A DNA stretch of 45,091 bases, taken from the NCBI GenBank assembly GCA_002633005.1, contig NMRA01000121.1, positions 876,849 through 921,939 on the forward strand, given 5' to 3'. The stretch comes from Phoronis australis (Eukaryota; Animalia; Phoronida). The position numbers and the translations under genes were made by a program. The notes below the pieces were generated by a model that did not search any database, had not been told where the DNA came from, and saw only the letters and a list, made by a program, of their open reading frames with translations. This document shows positions 24,038 to 37,700 of this stretch, one piece after another. The stretch's first letter is position 1; the number at the start of each line of letters is the position of its first letter.

Positions 24038-24568
24038 GTGGGGACGGTGTAGCTTCCATAGGAGTAGGCAACACGTAGCCCCCTCTGTTGACTTTTTAGG
24101 GGCTACAATATTTCCCATCGCTTTCTGTACGCATTTCGTTCCATGCATATTAAACGTGCAGTAGGCCAAATCCGGCCACCGATTTTTGTGTTATCACCTC
24201 GTCTAAAATACATTCCACATTTAGAACTATCACTTAAAAAGAGCTTACTTTCTTCATTGGTCCTTTTTACTTCTATACATATCTTCGATGAAGTTTAGTT
24301 GTGAGAATTCAGGTGACTTTGGCGAAGAATTCGAACTCCACTTTCTTAGTTGCCGTTAACTTTTTCACCATGCGCGCAATAACCACAAAGTATTTTAACT
24401 GAGTTACGTGAGTTAGGCAAAGGCTAGCGTGAGACTGAGTGAAGGGCGTGGCGCTGGCGCGTGAAACTTGCAAAATAGCATGGGAAGGTATCAGGTAAAA
24501 TTTGTAAGATTTGTGTCCCTTGGACTTTTTATTCGTCAACATGCGTGATTTCATGTAATATCCTCAAA

Positions 24569-24578
24569 ATGGCACCCG
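24569..24578 (+). other. CDKAL1: Candidate CDKAL1 first exon end (ATG GCA CCC G followed by donor GTAAGA)
   Basis: caaaATGGCACCCG|GTAAGA in a locally CpG-richer region ~1 kb upstream of an exon that has a clear acceptor (cattcag, ending at 25623). Confidence 0.45.
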
Positions 24579-25644
24579 GTAAGAGAAACTTGAGTAAACC
24601 GCGACGGATTTTCATCGATTTGTTCAAGTTATCTTGGCTGAATCGTCTCCAGACTTATGGTGTGAGTTGTTTATAACACCATGTGTTTTTGTGCATGTTT
24701 CATTTGATTTTATTTCCTGTATTTTGAAATTCGTAACTTTTTGTGGGGATGTACTATTGCTCCTGTATGCCTGCGGCATCCAAGGCGATGTAGCTGCCTA
24801 CCATAGGAACTTCATACGCCTGAAGCTTTTCGGCTAATTATGCCCCACATCGACTAAAACATCAAAGTCATGTTGTTGCAACTACCTTTTGCACTTAGAG
24901 GAACACCTTAGGAGGCCGTCGATGTCTTTAACTCCTTCCAACTTGAACAAACACTCCCGTTATCAAAATTTTTCTTCGAGCAGTCTTTCGTTCAGTTCCC
25001 AAAATTGGTAACTGGTCATTTTTATACTGCACACACCATAGGATATGACGTTATGCCACCTGCCAATAATATGATATTCAATTCCATTATCAGTGCAAAT
25101 TATTTGACCATATGTTTAAAGTCGTCCTTGGTTGTCAGCCACATTTTCCTATAAGGCCGACCCCAAGGTCGCAACTTTTTGTCAGTTGACCTATAATTTG
25201 CGTATTGCAATTTTGCCTATGGAAAATTATCTCTGGGTATTTCAGTACTTACCAGTCTCAACTTCTTTCAAGTCTTAAGTAGCATTGAAAGTAAACATAC
25301 TGGTGATCAGGTTTAATTTCAACCTGAGCAATAGTGTGGTATAAAGTGCTCACATTTTGAGAACCAGTTGATGCCAGTTATTCAGTAGAGACAATAAAAA
25401 ATGCAGCCACGTTTTATCACACAAATGAAGTAACCTGCCCTCAAGAAAAATTCGAGACAATCTAAATGTAAAGTATTAAAATGTGAACTTTGAAAATACT
25501 TTCAATGCTCAAGTGTCCTCTTTTTCCGTGTGATCTTTTTTGCTTAGCAATATCAGTTCTGAAAATGACTTGCAGTTATTGTTAACTATCATTAATTTTG
25601 TTTATTTTCTTCACCACATTCAGTATCAACTGGTTCAAGGAAAG

Positions 25645-25725
25645 ATGATTGATGATATAGAAGACATTGTTGGAGAAGGAGACGTGACCCTGAACGAGCG
25701 TAAAGAAGCAAAGAAACATGTCACA
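25645..25725 (+). CDS. CDKAL1: CDKAL1 coding exon A
   Basis: [27 protein letters not shown]; donor ACA|GTATGA; the exon probably starts at 25624. Confidence 0.88.
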
Positions 25726-28700
25726 GTATGAACAGTTTAAAGTCTGAATAAATTAGAGGTTTTACCATACATGTTCTGGCAACGCTGTATATTTTCAATG
25801 CACAAAATCTGTGGTCTTGGGCACAGGCCACATCCAACACTATTGGCCGTGATGTCACTATTCACTAGCGACACCTGGTGAGATGCTGGTTTTACTTTTG
25901 CCAAGTACATTGTCTGTTCACTGTTCGAACCTGAGTTGTGCATTGGAAGAGAGTAGCGCCACCTGTGGGAATTCCATCAGAAAATATTGGGAGTTATGAA
26001 TCTGTAGTCTACAATCTATGGTCTTCCGCAGATGCAGAGTCTGTGGTTTGGAGGCAGTCAATAGTTATTTGCATTTAACGATGTTTTGCAGTGTGAAAAC
26101 AAATAATTGTAGAGGAGTCTAGTAACTTCAGACTACTATGACAGTTTTACAAGGCTCAAGGCAACTGAAATTGTCTTGTAAACATTCTTCCATTTGAAAT
26201 GGAAATAATTGCTAAAGTTGCCATTTTCCAGTTTTGTCTGGCCCGCGTCATTGCTGCATGTCCTCAAAGTTTTACAAGATTTTGTTTCATGAAAGTTGTA
26301 CTCTCCACACCATTGGTAATAATTAAGCTACTTTTTAGTCATTTTTGTCGGAAAAGTTGACACAATGAATCTCCCTTTCATTGAACCTGAACATTTTGTC
26401 TATCTATACTTCTGTGTGTGTAAATTCTACAGTTATTTTGCACAAAGTACCATAATTGCCAAAAATTGTAATTTTACCGTTTTTCAGTGGCTGATTACCA
26501 TTTTGCAAATTATGAGAACTAATTAAGCAATAAAGTAAGAATTTTTAGTCTTCATGCATAATTCTGATACGATATCATTGCGCTGATATGTAACAACACA
26601 ATTTAGCAAATGTTATTTTATGACATCTGCACACTGCAAACTATGCTTGAAATAAACTGGAATGTTCTTTAACAAAATAGAGTTGCACTTGAGTGATGGT
26701 AAATTACCTTTTTGGAGTCTAGTTGTCTTGGTTGTCATAGCTTCCTGTCCCTTCTCCAGTGGTGATTGATTGAAAATTTCCTCACTGTCTCCCATTGGCC
26801 ATATTGTGTGCTAAAAAGTGAAGAATTACTGTTTATATTTGTAGGTTCGTGCTCGAAAAAATCAGCAACATCAGAAACGGGAAGTTGGTGCTGAAGGGGA
26901 CAGTATTATTCCTGGTACTCAGAAGATCTATGTCAAAACATGGGGCTGTTCCCATAACAACTCAGATGGAGAGTACATGGCAGGCCAGTTGGCTGCTTAT
27001 GGTTATAAGATCACAGGTATGAGCCACTGTAAGATCACAGGTATGAGCCATTGTAAGTTTGGCGGCGTTCTTTTCCTTGTTCAAATTAGAGTTAATCTAC
27101 CTGACAGAGGATAAATAGCATAAATTAGTTTGACGTATAACGCATTGATGTACATCTCTTTTCACTTCAACAAATCAAATGACACCATCATTTGGCTGTG
27201 TTGAATAATTCAGTCCAACAGTCCAAACCAAACATAATCAAGACAAATTGACGCCAGATTTCTTGTCCTTACCTCAGAGTGCAAATGGAATACCTCATCA
27301 TGACTGGCAATAAACCGTATTGATGGGGAATTCTAACTACTCTGAGGGTGAACTCAGTTCTCAGCCATCATGACGAGGAAACGATGTGATTCCTTTTGGT
27401 GTGTGTTGTAGCATCTTTCTGTCCTAACTGTAGATTTTGTCTGTTTTGCCTTTTGTCAGTCCTTTCAACGAACAAGTTGTTTGTCGAAATTTGTTAGACG
27501 GTGTTTTGGAGTTGCGAAACCAAAACTGCCAGTCATATCATAATGTTGAAATGGTTGACTCAATGTTGTCCAGGTGGCGCTAATGAATAAACGTCCCGCT
27601 TTTTGACACCTGGATAGATTGAGAGCAAAAAGTAGTTAATTAATCACTCAAGTAGTAAGGGAACCGCGTGATTTTTGAATGCAGACATTTCTATGGCACG
27701 GTTCCTTGCTTCACTCGCAACACCCAGTGAATTTCGAGTTCTCCATTCGGTGTTGATTTAAAAAAATATTGCTCTTGCAATCACTTCTAGACATGAAAGA
27801 TGATGCGGATCTCTGGATATTGAACAGCTGTACAGTGAAGAACCCCGCTGAAGACCACTTCCGTAATGAAATCAACAAGGCCAAAGACAGTAACAAGAAG
27901 GTGGTGGTTGCTGGCTGTGTACCGCAGGGACAGCCCAAGTCAGACTACCTACAGGTGCAGTCAATACATGCTGATTGACAGCACTCATTTACTTCCGTAA
28001 AAATCAATAAAGAACTTCATTTCACCTTGTTTACACTGTCAAAAGCATGTTTTTTTAATTGATCGAATTTATGTTGTTCATAATTTTCCAGCACATGACA
28101 GGAAATCCTTCACAATCTGTGAAGTGGGGTGCTTACTTCAGTTATTGGGGCAGGAGTGAATGAGAGCCTAAAACCTGTTCAGATTATAATGCTAAATGTC
28201 TAGAATGCACCAGAGCTCAACTCATAGCTCGTGTCTGCGGCAAAATGAATCATGAAAAATTTGCCTGCCTCTTTTGCTTGTTTTATTTTACCTGGCAAGC
28301 TTTAATCCCCGCAACATTCAGGCGAGGTGCGTTGAATGCTTAACCAGCTACCTTTGGTAGTCAACAAAGTTCATTTATTTATTGCTGACAACAAAGAGTT
28401 TCTCTCCTTATCTCTGTAACCCTGTGTACTAAATTTACGGTTTACTGTGAACATAGTTTACAAGTCAGTGAACATTTTGCCTCTCTTTGTGCGGGTGACA
28501 ATGGCATGTGAGGTGTATTTCTATAGTGACTCACAGCTCGGGTTGTAGCTGTTCGTCTGTGGTGGTCATTAGTTCAACGCTCCTAGGTGCAGCACTAGCC
28601 TGTGTCACCTGGAATAGTGGGAGCGTCCAATTCCAGTCTTTCACACTCAATCATTTTTACAGCATTGTTATAAGGGAATCTAAAGCATCCTTTGTAATTT

Positions 28701-31700
28701 TCCATTGCCAGATGCACTAGTCATGACCATGAATCACTGCCTGTGCGGTAGCTTTCAGTAACTGACTAAATTTCAAGTAAAAATTTCCTGTGAATCTTCC
28801 AGTGATTTACTGTATCTGTTTCTCTTCTGAGGTTTTAGCACATAACTTTGATGAGTTTAAAGACTGCTCTATGCTAAGTATAGTTTGCAACTTCTATCTT
28901 TTAAGCTATTGTGAGCTTTAAAAGTCCTTGGCAATCTTTAGTTCTGTCAAATTCTACAAGCAACTTTGTTCACTTGAGGTCTAGAGTTTCCCGACGCATA
29001 TGTTACCATCTGGTAATGTTACCATGTGGGTCTGAAGTCAGCATGATGTGCACTCAACCAAAAGGTTCTGAGTTTGATTGCCGCACTACTGTTTTTTGTG
29101 GCTTTGTTCTGAGTGTGGCCCTTAAGCTGCTTTGTTTCAGTCAACTCAGCGGTAGTAGTGATGGATTAGCGTTCAGTGGTGTTAATAGAGGCTCCCACTT
29201 CTGACATAGTGTACAGAAATGTTAATTTGGCGAGTTTGAATCAAGGGGAATATCACTGTCTAAGATATATTTTGACACACGCTTTACGGTCTGTTTACAG
29301 GGCCTGAGTACAATAGGAGTCCAACAGATTGACAGAGTGGTTGAAGTAGTAGAGGAAACACTGAAAGGTTTGTGGGTAAAAAGTAGTGCACCAACTTGTG
29401 GTCAGGTTGTATTTCGAGAACGTTAGGGTAACTTGAAATTATTGGTCTATTAGATTGGGTTCTAGTGGTACAAAAACAAATAAACTTTGGCAAACTGCTT
29501 TATCTGAACTTGCGATTTTGAAGATGTTTTGTGGACAACATGAGTCCTTAGAATTTCATTGAAATAACTCCTTGCATGGCGGATGTAAGTTATTAAATTG
29601 TCAGAAGTGTTGATTTTTCACTTCACAAGTTCATCCAATTTACGCTAAGGTTATTTTAACATATTACGCAACTAAAACATTAGTTTGAAAATGATCGTAC
29701 AAAATGACACCCGTAATTCCTCGACATAAGCGGTGAGTGCGTAATTTATCGTAAGAGAAGCTGGAATGATAGCTCATTACCCATTTCGAGGGGGAAACGG
29801 AGGTCCTTCAGGTACTTGGGGGAGTGATCTCCCAGAGTTACTCCACTGTTGTTCAAAACAGGTCTCGGACGCTTGCATGATGTAGAAAACTTTGTTATAG
29901 CTACACTATACGAACTGGTGTGCTTCCTTGAAGTTAAGTGCCTGACGTTTGTTTTCAGGTCATTCTGTTCGACTGTTTGGCCAGAAGAAACAGAATGGGA
30001 AAAAGTACGGTGGCGCCTCCTTGAGCTTGCCCAAGATCCGAAAAAATCCTCTCATAGAAATCATCGCTATAAATACTGGGTGAGTCATATTCATTTTTGT
30101 CGTGTTATGTAATACATCGTCTTGGATTTTTACAAAGAAATGTGAGTGTATGAAAAGTGATGTCTATTTTAATTGAGTCAGTGGACATGTTTAGTATTAA
30201 AAAGTTCGACCTGGTCCGGGTCTAATCTTTGTACTCGAAATCAAACTCGAAATTGTTTCTCTGACTTTTTCCATCCTTCTGTAATACAAACAAGACAAGC
30301 GTTTATAGTTATATGCTTGAGTAATTTATGGGTTTTGCAGATGAGTTTCAAATCCAAGTTTGCTCTTGATCCCTAGATTTGAGCTACAAACTCAAGTAAA
30401 AACTTGCGATATCAAGTTCAGGCGCAGTGCGAACTAGGTTTAGACAGTCCTACAGTCACATAAATCATGACATACTCAAGACCAGAGTTATAGTCACTTA
30501 TCTTGAGTTTGTGTTAAAGTAGAACAAAATTTTTTTTAAAAATTTGAGTTCGATTTCGAATACAAAGATTAAACTCCAGACCTATGGCTAATGTTGTGTT
30601 ATGTTGTTGATTTTCTGAAGTGATGTTCCAGCATTTATTTTCTAAATGGAATTTGAACATTAAAATAATTTACACTGAAGTCTGGCTCAACATGGGATGT
30701 ATTCAAGACATTTTACATTTTTGATAGATGTCTGAATCAATGCACGTACTGTAAAACAAAGCATGCCAGAGGAGAACTTGGGAGTTATCCCCCTGAGGAG
30801 ATCATCGCGAGGGCTGTACAGTCATTTCAAGGTAAGTGAGCATGGGAATGCTCGAACGGTCAAATTTGTTCAAAATAATTTACTTGATTAGAAGGTGAAT
30901 GCTAGTTTAACCAAAGATGTTAATAAGAGATATCTGTGATTGATATAAGCAAAATTAAATGTAGTTGAAATTATTTTTTGTAAAACTATATTAATAGCTT
31001 ACCATAAACATGCACTGCTTGCATCACAGTGTAACTTAGACTTATATTTCTATTTCACTAGCAAATTTTTTATCTAGCCTTTCAAACTTGAAGCTAAACC
31101 AAGGCCCTAATAAAACTGTAAAGTGCATTGAAAAGAAAATTCAAACAATTAGATAAGGGCATTTACATTCTTCTAATTTCGACGTCTGCAAACAAATTTG
31201 CAAAACCACGAAAATTTTGTCCTGTATATTGTGCCTTATTCGAACCATGCATATGACACACACTACTTACTGTACGTGTATATTTAAAACCTGCGTTCCA
31301 TTTGAGAAGTGAATTTTTAAATTTTTTATTTAAACCACTTAATCATAAAAAAATTGTCTCATCTTGTGCCTTGCTCTGAAGAGACGTGACACGGTGCACA
31401 AAATGATGTGGTGTATACATAACGAGTCAACTTGTAGAATCTGGTCTCAAGAATTATTATTTCTGTCCGTTCTTTTAAAGCCCTGAATTACCTCTAATTT
31501 GACCTATGAAAGTACAATTTAAGACCACTATCATACAGTTAGTGGTCAAAATCAAAAGTTTTTTATGCTGGAAGGTGAGTTTATAGTCACTTTAAACTCG
31601 TTAAATCATGTGGTTCATGTGTTTAGTGTTTTTTGATGTGTGAATTGTTGTTATGATTTATTTTGTATTGATACTATTCATATCTCCTACTCTTCCGTCT

Positions 31701-34700
31701 TCTTGATGTTGCTGAACTGAAGAACATCTGCCACGACCCGCTGACATACTTGACTCCTTAAACAAAATCATCATTTCAGAGGGTGTGGTGGAGATCTGGC
31801 TTACTTCCGAAGATCTCGGTGCCTATGGTCATGATATTGGCGTTACGTTACCACAGTTACTATGGCAACTAGTAGAGGTGATACCAGAAGGTGCCATGCT
31901 GAGAATGGGCATGACTAATCCTCCGTACATATTGGAGCATTTAGAGGTATGTCACTGGGAAGCTCCAAGGAACTTAACTTTCAGAGTACAATCAAGCGTG
32001 CCCAGGACTCTTAGACTGCTTCCTCATATTGCGTGTGTACATGTCACGCTCTTTATTTTCAATGTATGTGAGGTGGCTGGTCTATTTGTTGATAAAAATG
32101 ACCAGGGCCTGAGGTCTAATCTCTTTACTCGAATCTCAACTTGAAAATTGGCCAATTGTACGTTCCGCTTGGAGTAAACTTACAACTTAGTATTTCAATC
32201 ATACAGTGAGATTTGATCTTAGATCCTGAACCCAATGACTGTGGTTTAATCTCTGCGCTCAAATTCGAACTCGACATTATTTTTGATATTTTTTATGAAC
32301 TCTAGGCAGGTATCTATTATTTTGCACTCTAGTATAAGGGCCCCTAGATTTGAGCTCTAAGCTAGATTTCAAACTCGAGGTTTTGGGTGAAAACTAGAAA
32401 TTTCAGACGCAAACTTGTAGCTTTAATACTGGGGTCATTGAGTGCAAAATAGGATTAAACATTGATCCATGTAAACCATAATATATTTGAGCACAGAATA
32501 ATACACAGTTATATTGAGTTCACTAAGGTAGAACAGAATAATACACAGTTATATTGAGTTCACTAAGCTAGAACAGAATAATACACAGTTATGTTGAGTT
32601 CACTAAGCTAGAACAGAATAATACACAGCTATGTTGAGTTCACTAAGCTAGAACAGAATAATACACAGTTATGTTGAGCTCACTAAGCTAGAACAGAATA
32701 ATACACAGTTATGTTGAGTTCACTAAGCTAGAACAGAATAATACACAGTTATGTTGAGTTCACTAAGCTAGAACAGAATAATACACAGTTATGTTGAGTT
32801 CACTAAGCTAGAACAGAATAATACACAGTTATGTTGAGTTCACTANTTATACGAACCATGCATATGACAGACACTACTTACTGTAAGTGTATATTTAAAA
32901 CCTGCGTTTCATTTGAGAAGTGTATTTTTAAATTTTTTATTTAATTTAAACCACTTATCATAAAAAATTGGTTTCAACTTGTTCCTTGCTCTGAAGAGAC
33001 GTGACACGGCGCACAAAATGATGAGGTGTATACGTAACGAGTCAACTTGTAGAATCTGGTCTCAAGAATGATTATTTCTGTCCGTTCTTTTAAAGCCCTG
33101 AATTACCTCTAATCTGATCTATGAAAGTACAATTTAAGACCACTATCATACAGTTAGTGGTCAAAATCAAAAGTTTTTTTACGCTGGAAGGTGAGTTTAT
33201 AGTCACTTTAAACTCATATGGTTCATGTGTTTAGTGTTTTTTGATGTGTGAATTGTTGTTATGATTTATTTTGTATTGATACTATTCATATCTCCTACTC
33301 TTCCGTCTTCTTGATGTTGCTGAACTGAAGAACGTCTCCCACAGCCTGCTGACATACTTGACTCCTTAAACAAAATCATCATTTCAGAGGGTGTGGTGGA
33401 GATCTGGCTGACTTCTGAAGATCTCGGTGCCTATGGTCATGACATTGGCGTTACGTTACCACAGTTACTATGGCAACTAGTAGAGGTGATACCAGAAGGT
33501 GCCATGCTGAGAATGGGCATGACTAATCCTCCGTACATATTGGAGCATTTAGAGGTATGTCACTGGGAAGCTCCAAGGAACTTAACTTTTTGAGGTTGTT
33601 TGTTCAGAGTACAATCAAGTGTGCCCAGGACTCTTAGACTGCTTCCTCATATTGTGTGTGTACATGTCACGCTCTTTATTTTCAATGAGGTGGCTGGTCT
33701 ATTTGTAGATAAAAATGACCAGGGCCTGAGGTCTAATCTCTTTACTTGAATCTCAACTTGAAAATTGGCCAATTGTACCTTCCGCTTGGAGTAAACTTAC
33801 AACTTAGTATTTTAATCATACAGTGAGATTTGATCTTAGATCTTGAACCCAAGGACTGTGGTTTAATCTCTGCGCTCGAATTCGAACTCGACATTATTTT
33901 TGATATTTTGTGTTCTACTTTAGTTTGAACTCTAGATAGGTATCTATTATTTTGCACTCTAGTATAAGGGCCCCTAGATTTGAGCTCTAAGCTAGATTTC
34001 AAACTCGAGGTTTTGGATGAAAACTAGAAATTTCGATTTCAGATGCAAACTTGTAGCTTTAATACTGGGGTCATTGAGGATAGGATTAAACATTGATCCA
34101 TGTAAACCATAATATATTTGAGCACAGAATTATACACAGTTATATTGAGTTCACTAAGCCAGAACAGAAAATGTCAAAAATAATTTTTGTAATTTTTTAT
34201 TATAAATTAAGTCTATTATAAGGAAATAGACTGCTGTTACGTTCTGTGTGTGCGATACTGGGGGTGAAGTTGGTAATTTGTGTTTTTTAGTTCAGGACAA
34301 GGATTCATTTAAATAATAGTAATAATAATATCATTTATTCAAGGATTCATTTAAAGTGGTAGATAATGCCAAATATGAACACAAGCAAAACATATTTTTT
34401 GTTAAAGCTGGGTTTCTTCTTGTTTTGCTGACTAAAAAGTGAATATTGAATTAGAACTTTTACTGTTATGAAATCGGTCTCAGCATATTCCTCACCGTGA
34501 TAGCATTATATTTCCATTTCCAATAAGAACATCGAAACTCAATAAAACTCGTCACAATTTGTTAGGGTTGGCCAACCCTAAAATTGCAGATTGGAAAACG
34601 GCACATGTACACATTACCTGTGATTTGATTTACGGGCTCATTCGGCAACAATTCAAGATCGGATGAGCGTGATGTTGTTTTTAAGCCCCAGTGTACTTTG

Positions 34701-37700
34701 GTTAAGAATTCAGCATTGACCAATGAACAGGTACGATGTGCAGCTTTAATTTCTCCTTAATATTCGCCGACTAATCCCGCAGGAGATGGCCAAGATACTG
34801 AAGCACCCCCGGGTCTACTCCTTCCTCCATGTCCCCGTACAGTCGGCGTCCGACTCCGTTCTCATGGACATGCGTAGAGAGTACTGTCTGGCAGACTTCA
34901 AGCACGTGGTGGACTTCCTCAGAGAAAGGTCTGGTTCATATAGCTGTTCGCTAAGCTTGCGATGATGAATATTGGTTTGTTTCCTGCATCACCACCAGCT
35001 GAAGTGGTGTCTTGGTGTTTTTTCTGTTTCTACTCCTCATTCCAGCCATCTTCAGAAAACTTACCTTAACTTGAAATTTAAATTCATCACTAGGTGGAGC
35101 AGTAATCAGTCTGTTCCGAACTTTGGAAAACTTGTACCCTCCTTTGTCAGTAGAACTTGTAATGATTGTTGTTGTTTTTATGTATTTCTTTTGGTTTTCT
35201 TGAGGAAATCTTGAAACTTTGTTGCATTTCAGTGTTTGTCTTAGTTTTTTAATTCACTGTAGAGCACTCGTTAGAATGCACCAATGCATCAGCTTGATTG
35301 TAAATTTTGGGTTGTTCTGTTGCTCGTGTCAGACATTTTGCACCTTTTACTATTTCAATGAGTTGTGTGGCAAGAAGGTAAAGAATTACAGTTGTGTGGG
35401 ACCTTGTCATTGAGATTGTTTTTGGCCAATTACCAACAAAACTATTGGTTTTAACTCGGTTAAAGTCTACATTTTTCAGATTTAACATTACGTACATTCT
35501 TAGCAAAACAATGGGAACAATAAGTTAACGTGAAATTTTTTTGATTTTTATGCTCAAGATGAAATCTCAAAATCTTTGTTACAGTTTTTCTATGAAACAT
35601 TTTGAAACAATTCCAAATAGCTTGGAGAGCACTCCATAAACCGTAGTATCTGAAAGTTTCACGTGAATTCGATCAGCCATTCCTGAGATATGACGTTCCA
35701 AAGTTAGCCAAATTTAGAATTTTGCTAGGGTCCTACATATGATCTTTTTAATTTTAGCTTTGTTTTTTTAAGAATTTATTATCATTTATAAAACAGTACA
35801 AAAACAAACAAACAAATAAATACATCCATTCATTCACGCATGCACACCTCAGGAAAGACCATTCTCGTATCTCGTTTAGAGTAAATAACTTCTACATGTT
35901 GTTAACATGAACAACGAAATTTTCCCATTTCGCAGAGAAGCTGTCATATACAAAGTTGTATTCAATTAATTTTTCAACATTGTAGTACTCATAAGTATAT
36001 GTAATAAACCTGTGAAAATCAGATATATTTTGTCACAAAACAATTTTAGCTTTGTTGTTGCTTCCACCCGCAAAGGAGATCAACTGTGTATTGAACATTA
36101 TAAACTGTTCAGAGACTGGGAGAAGTCCTGCTTTAAACTATCCAGTATTACCAACGTAAGGTCCATTACCCTAATATGTGTATAAGTACTGTGCCCAGTT
36201 TTTACGAACACCACCTGTAGTTGATTGCACCATCACTGTAGTCTTGACTTAATTAATACAGTCTAATCATGTCATTTGTCTATTTACAGGGTACCGGATG
36301 TAAACATTGCGACTGATTTGATATGTGGATTTCCCACTGAAACAGAAAAGGTAAATTTGACATTTGGTTTGAGATAATATAACTGTTATAGTCTGTACAC
36401 AGAAAGTTACATGTACTCTGTAGTCCTGTTTCTTGTTTTAATTGCTTCCAAAATGAAAAGTTGTGTTCACATTTGCTGTCGTGTGCCCGGAAAAAATACT
36501 GCCTTGTTTATTTCAGTGTATTACTGTTTGTGTTATTTTCTAGGATTTGAATAGTATATGTTCGAAAAAATGCGTACCCATGATGACATTTCAAGGTTAT
36601 ACAGTGACATATTAAAGTTTTGGGCCCGGGGTCCAATCTTTGTGCTGGAAATCGGACTTAAAATTATTTTTGACATTTCCTCGTCATCTTTTGTGTAAAC
36701 TCAAGATATGTGTCTATGATTCTGTGCTCGAATATATTATGGTATTCATCGATGACTGTCTAATCCTATTTTGCTGGCCTCTGAACTTGAAGCTTTGAGT
36801 TTTTACTCGAAATTTCAAGTTCATACCTCGAATCTAGGGGTCACCAGCCACAAAAGTCTCAATCGCAGAGTAATAGACACTCCTCTGGAGTTAGCTTGAA
36901 AGAAGAAGAAAAACTGAAAAATAATTTTCAGTTTGATTTCGAGTTCGGGTACTGGAATTACGCTTGCCAGCATTGACGCAAGATTCCATATTTGATTGAA
37001 CACGTGCACTGTTTTTCAGGCTTTCAGAAAGTCCATCACACTCTGTTTTGCAGGATTTCGAGGAGACAATGAAGCTAGTCAATGAGTACAAATTTGCCAG
37101 CCTCTTTATCAATCAGTTCTTCCCTCGTCCAGGCACACCAGCTGCGAAGATGCCCAGGATACCACCGCCTGAGGTCAGTTTCTTCTATTGGTCATAAACA
37201 TACATTGCAATCAACTAACCAGAATACAAAGCGTGATAAAAATCATCGACCGCTTACCGTTACATATTTTTATTAAACACCATTGGAATGAGATGTCTGT
37301 AATTTAGAATTCCAGTCTGGATTTCACTTTCTAAATTTTTCGTCTATATTAAAATAAATATGTATAGGCTAGTCTGAGGTTGGACGCCTCACACCTAGCC
37401 TTTACAAAACAGTTAAATCATAATTATTCAACATACAAATTGCAATAAATGTAAATTAGCAGGTAAAAGGGGACGGGGGACGGACTTTTGCGCACCTTTC
37501 ATTCACACATTTACGCCATGCTTATATGATGAAAGAACTAATAATGGAAATATCAATATAGGTATAAAAACGTATACAAAAATGTGCGGATACGAAAATT
37601 TCTAAATTTAATTGATGTTATCCAGTAGTCAAAGTACAAAGATTCAAACGACAAAATCAAATACAAACTTGGGATTATGTTCTCATCTGCATACTCTATA

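Larger units (their letters stand above)
31236..34167 (+). repeat. Tandem segmental duplicate (31236-32845 / 32847-34167) joined at N32846
   Basis: Colinear near-identical copies with scattered SNPs and indels, each including CDKAL1 exon G and a MITE. Confidence 0.93.

Noticed and set aside
25953-27582. Isolated CTCF-like matches (AGCGCCACCTGTGG at ~25955, CCAGGTGGCGCTA at ~27569)
   Set aside because: Single short motif hits without conservation or chromatin data are not enough to call as features
28520-29130. Decayed SINE-like patches in a CDKAL1 intron
   Set aside because: Only vague A/B-box resemblance; boundaries cannot be supported by eye
32493-32845. 40-bp array as a CRISPR-like locus
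   Set aside because: Units are contiguous with no unique spacers, there are no cas genes, and it lies in a eukaryotic intron
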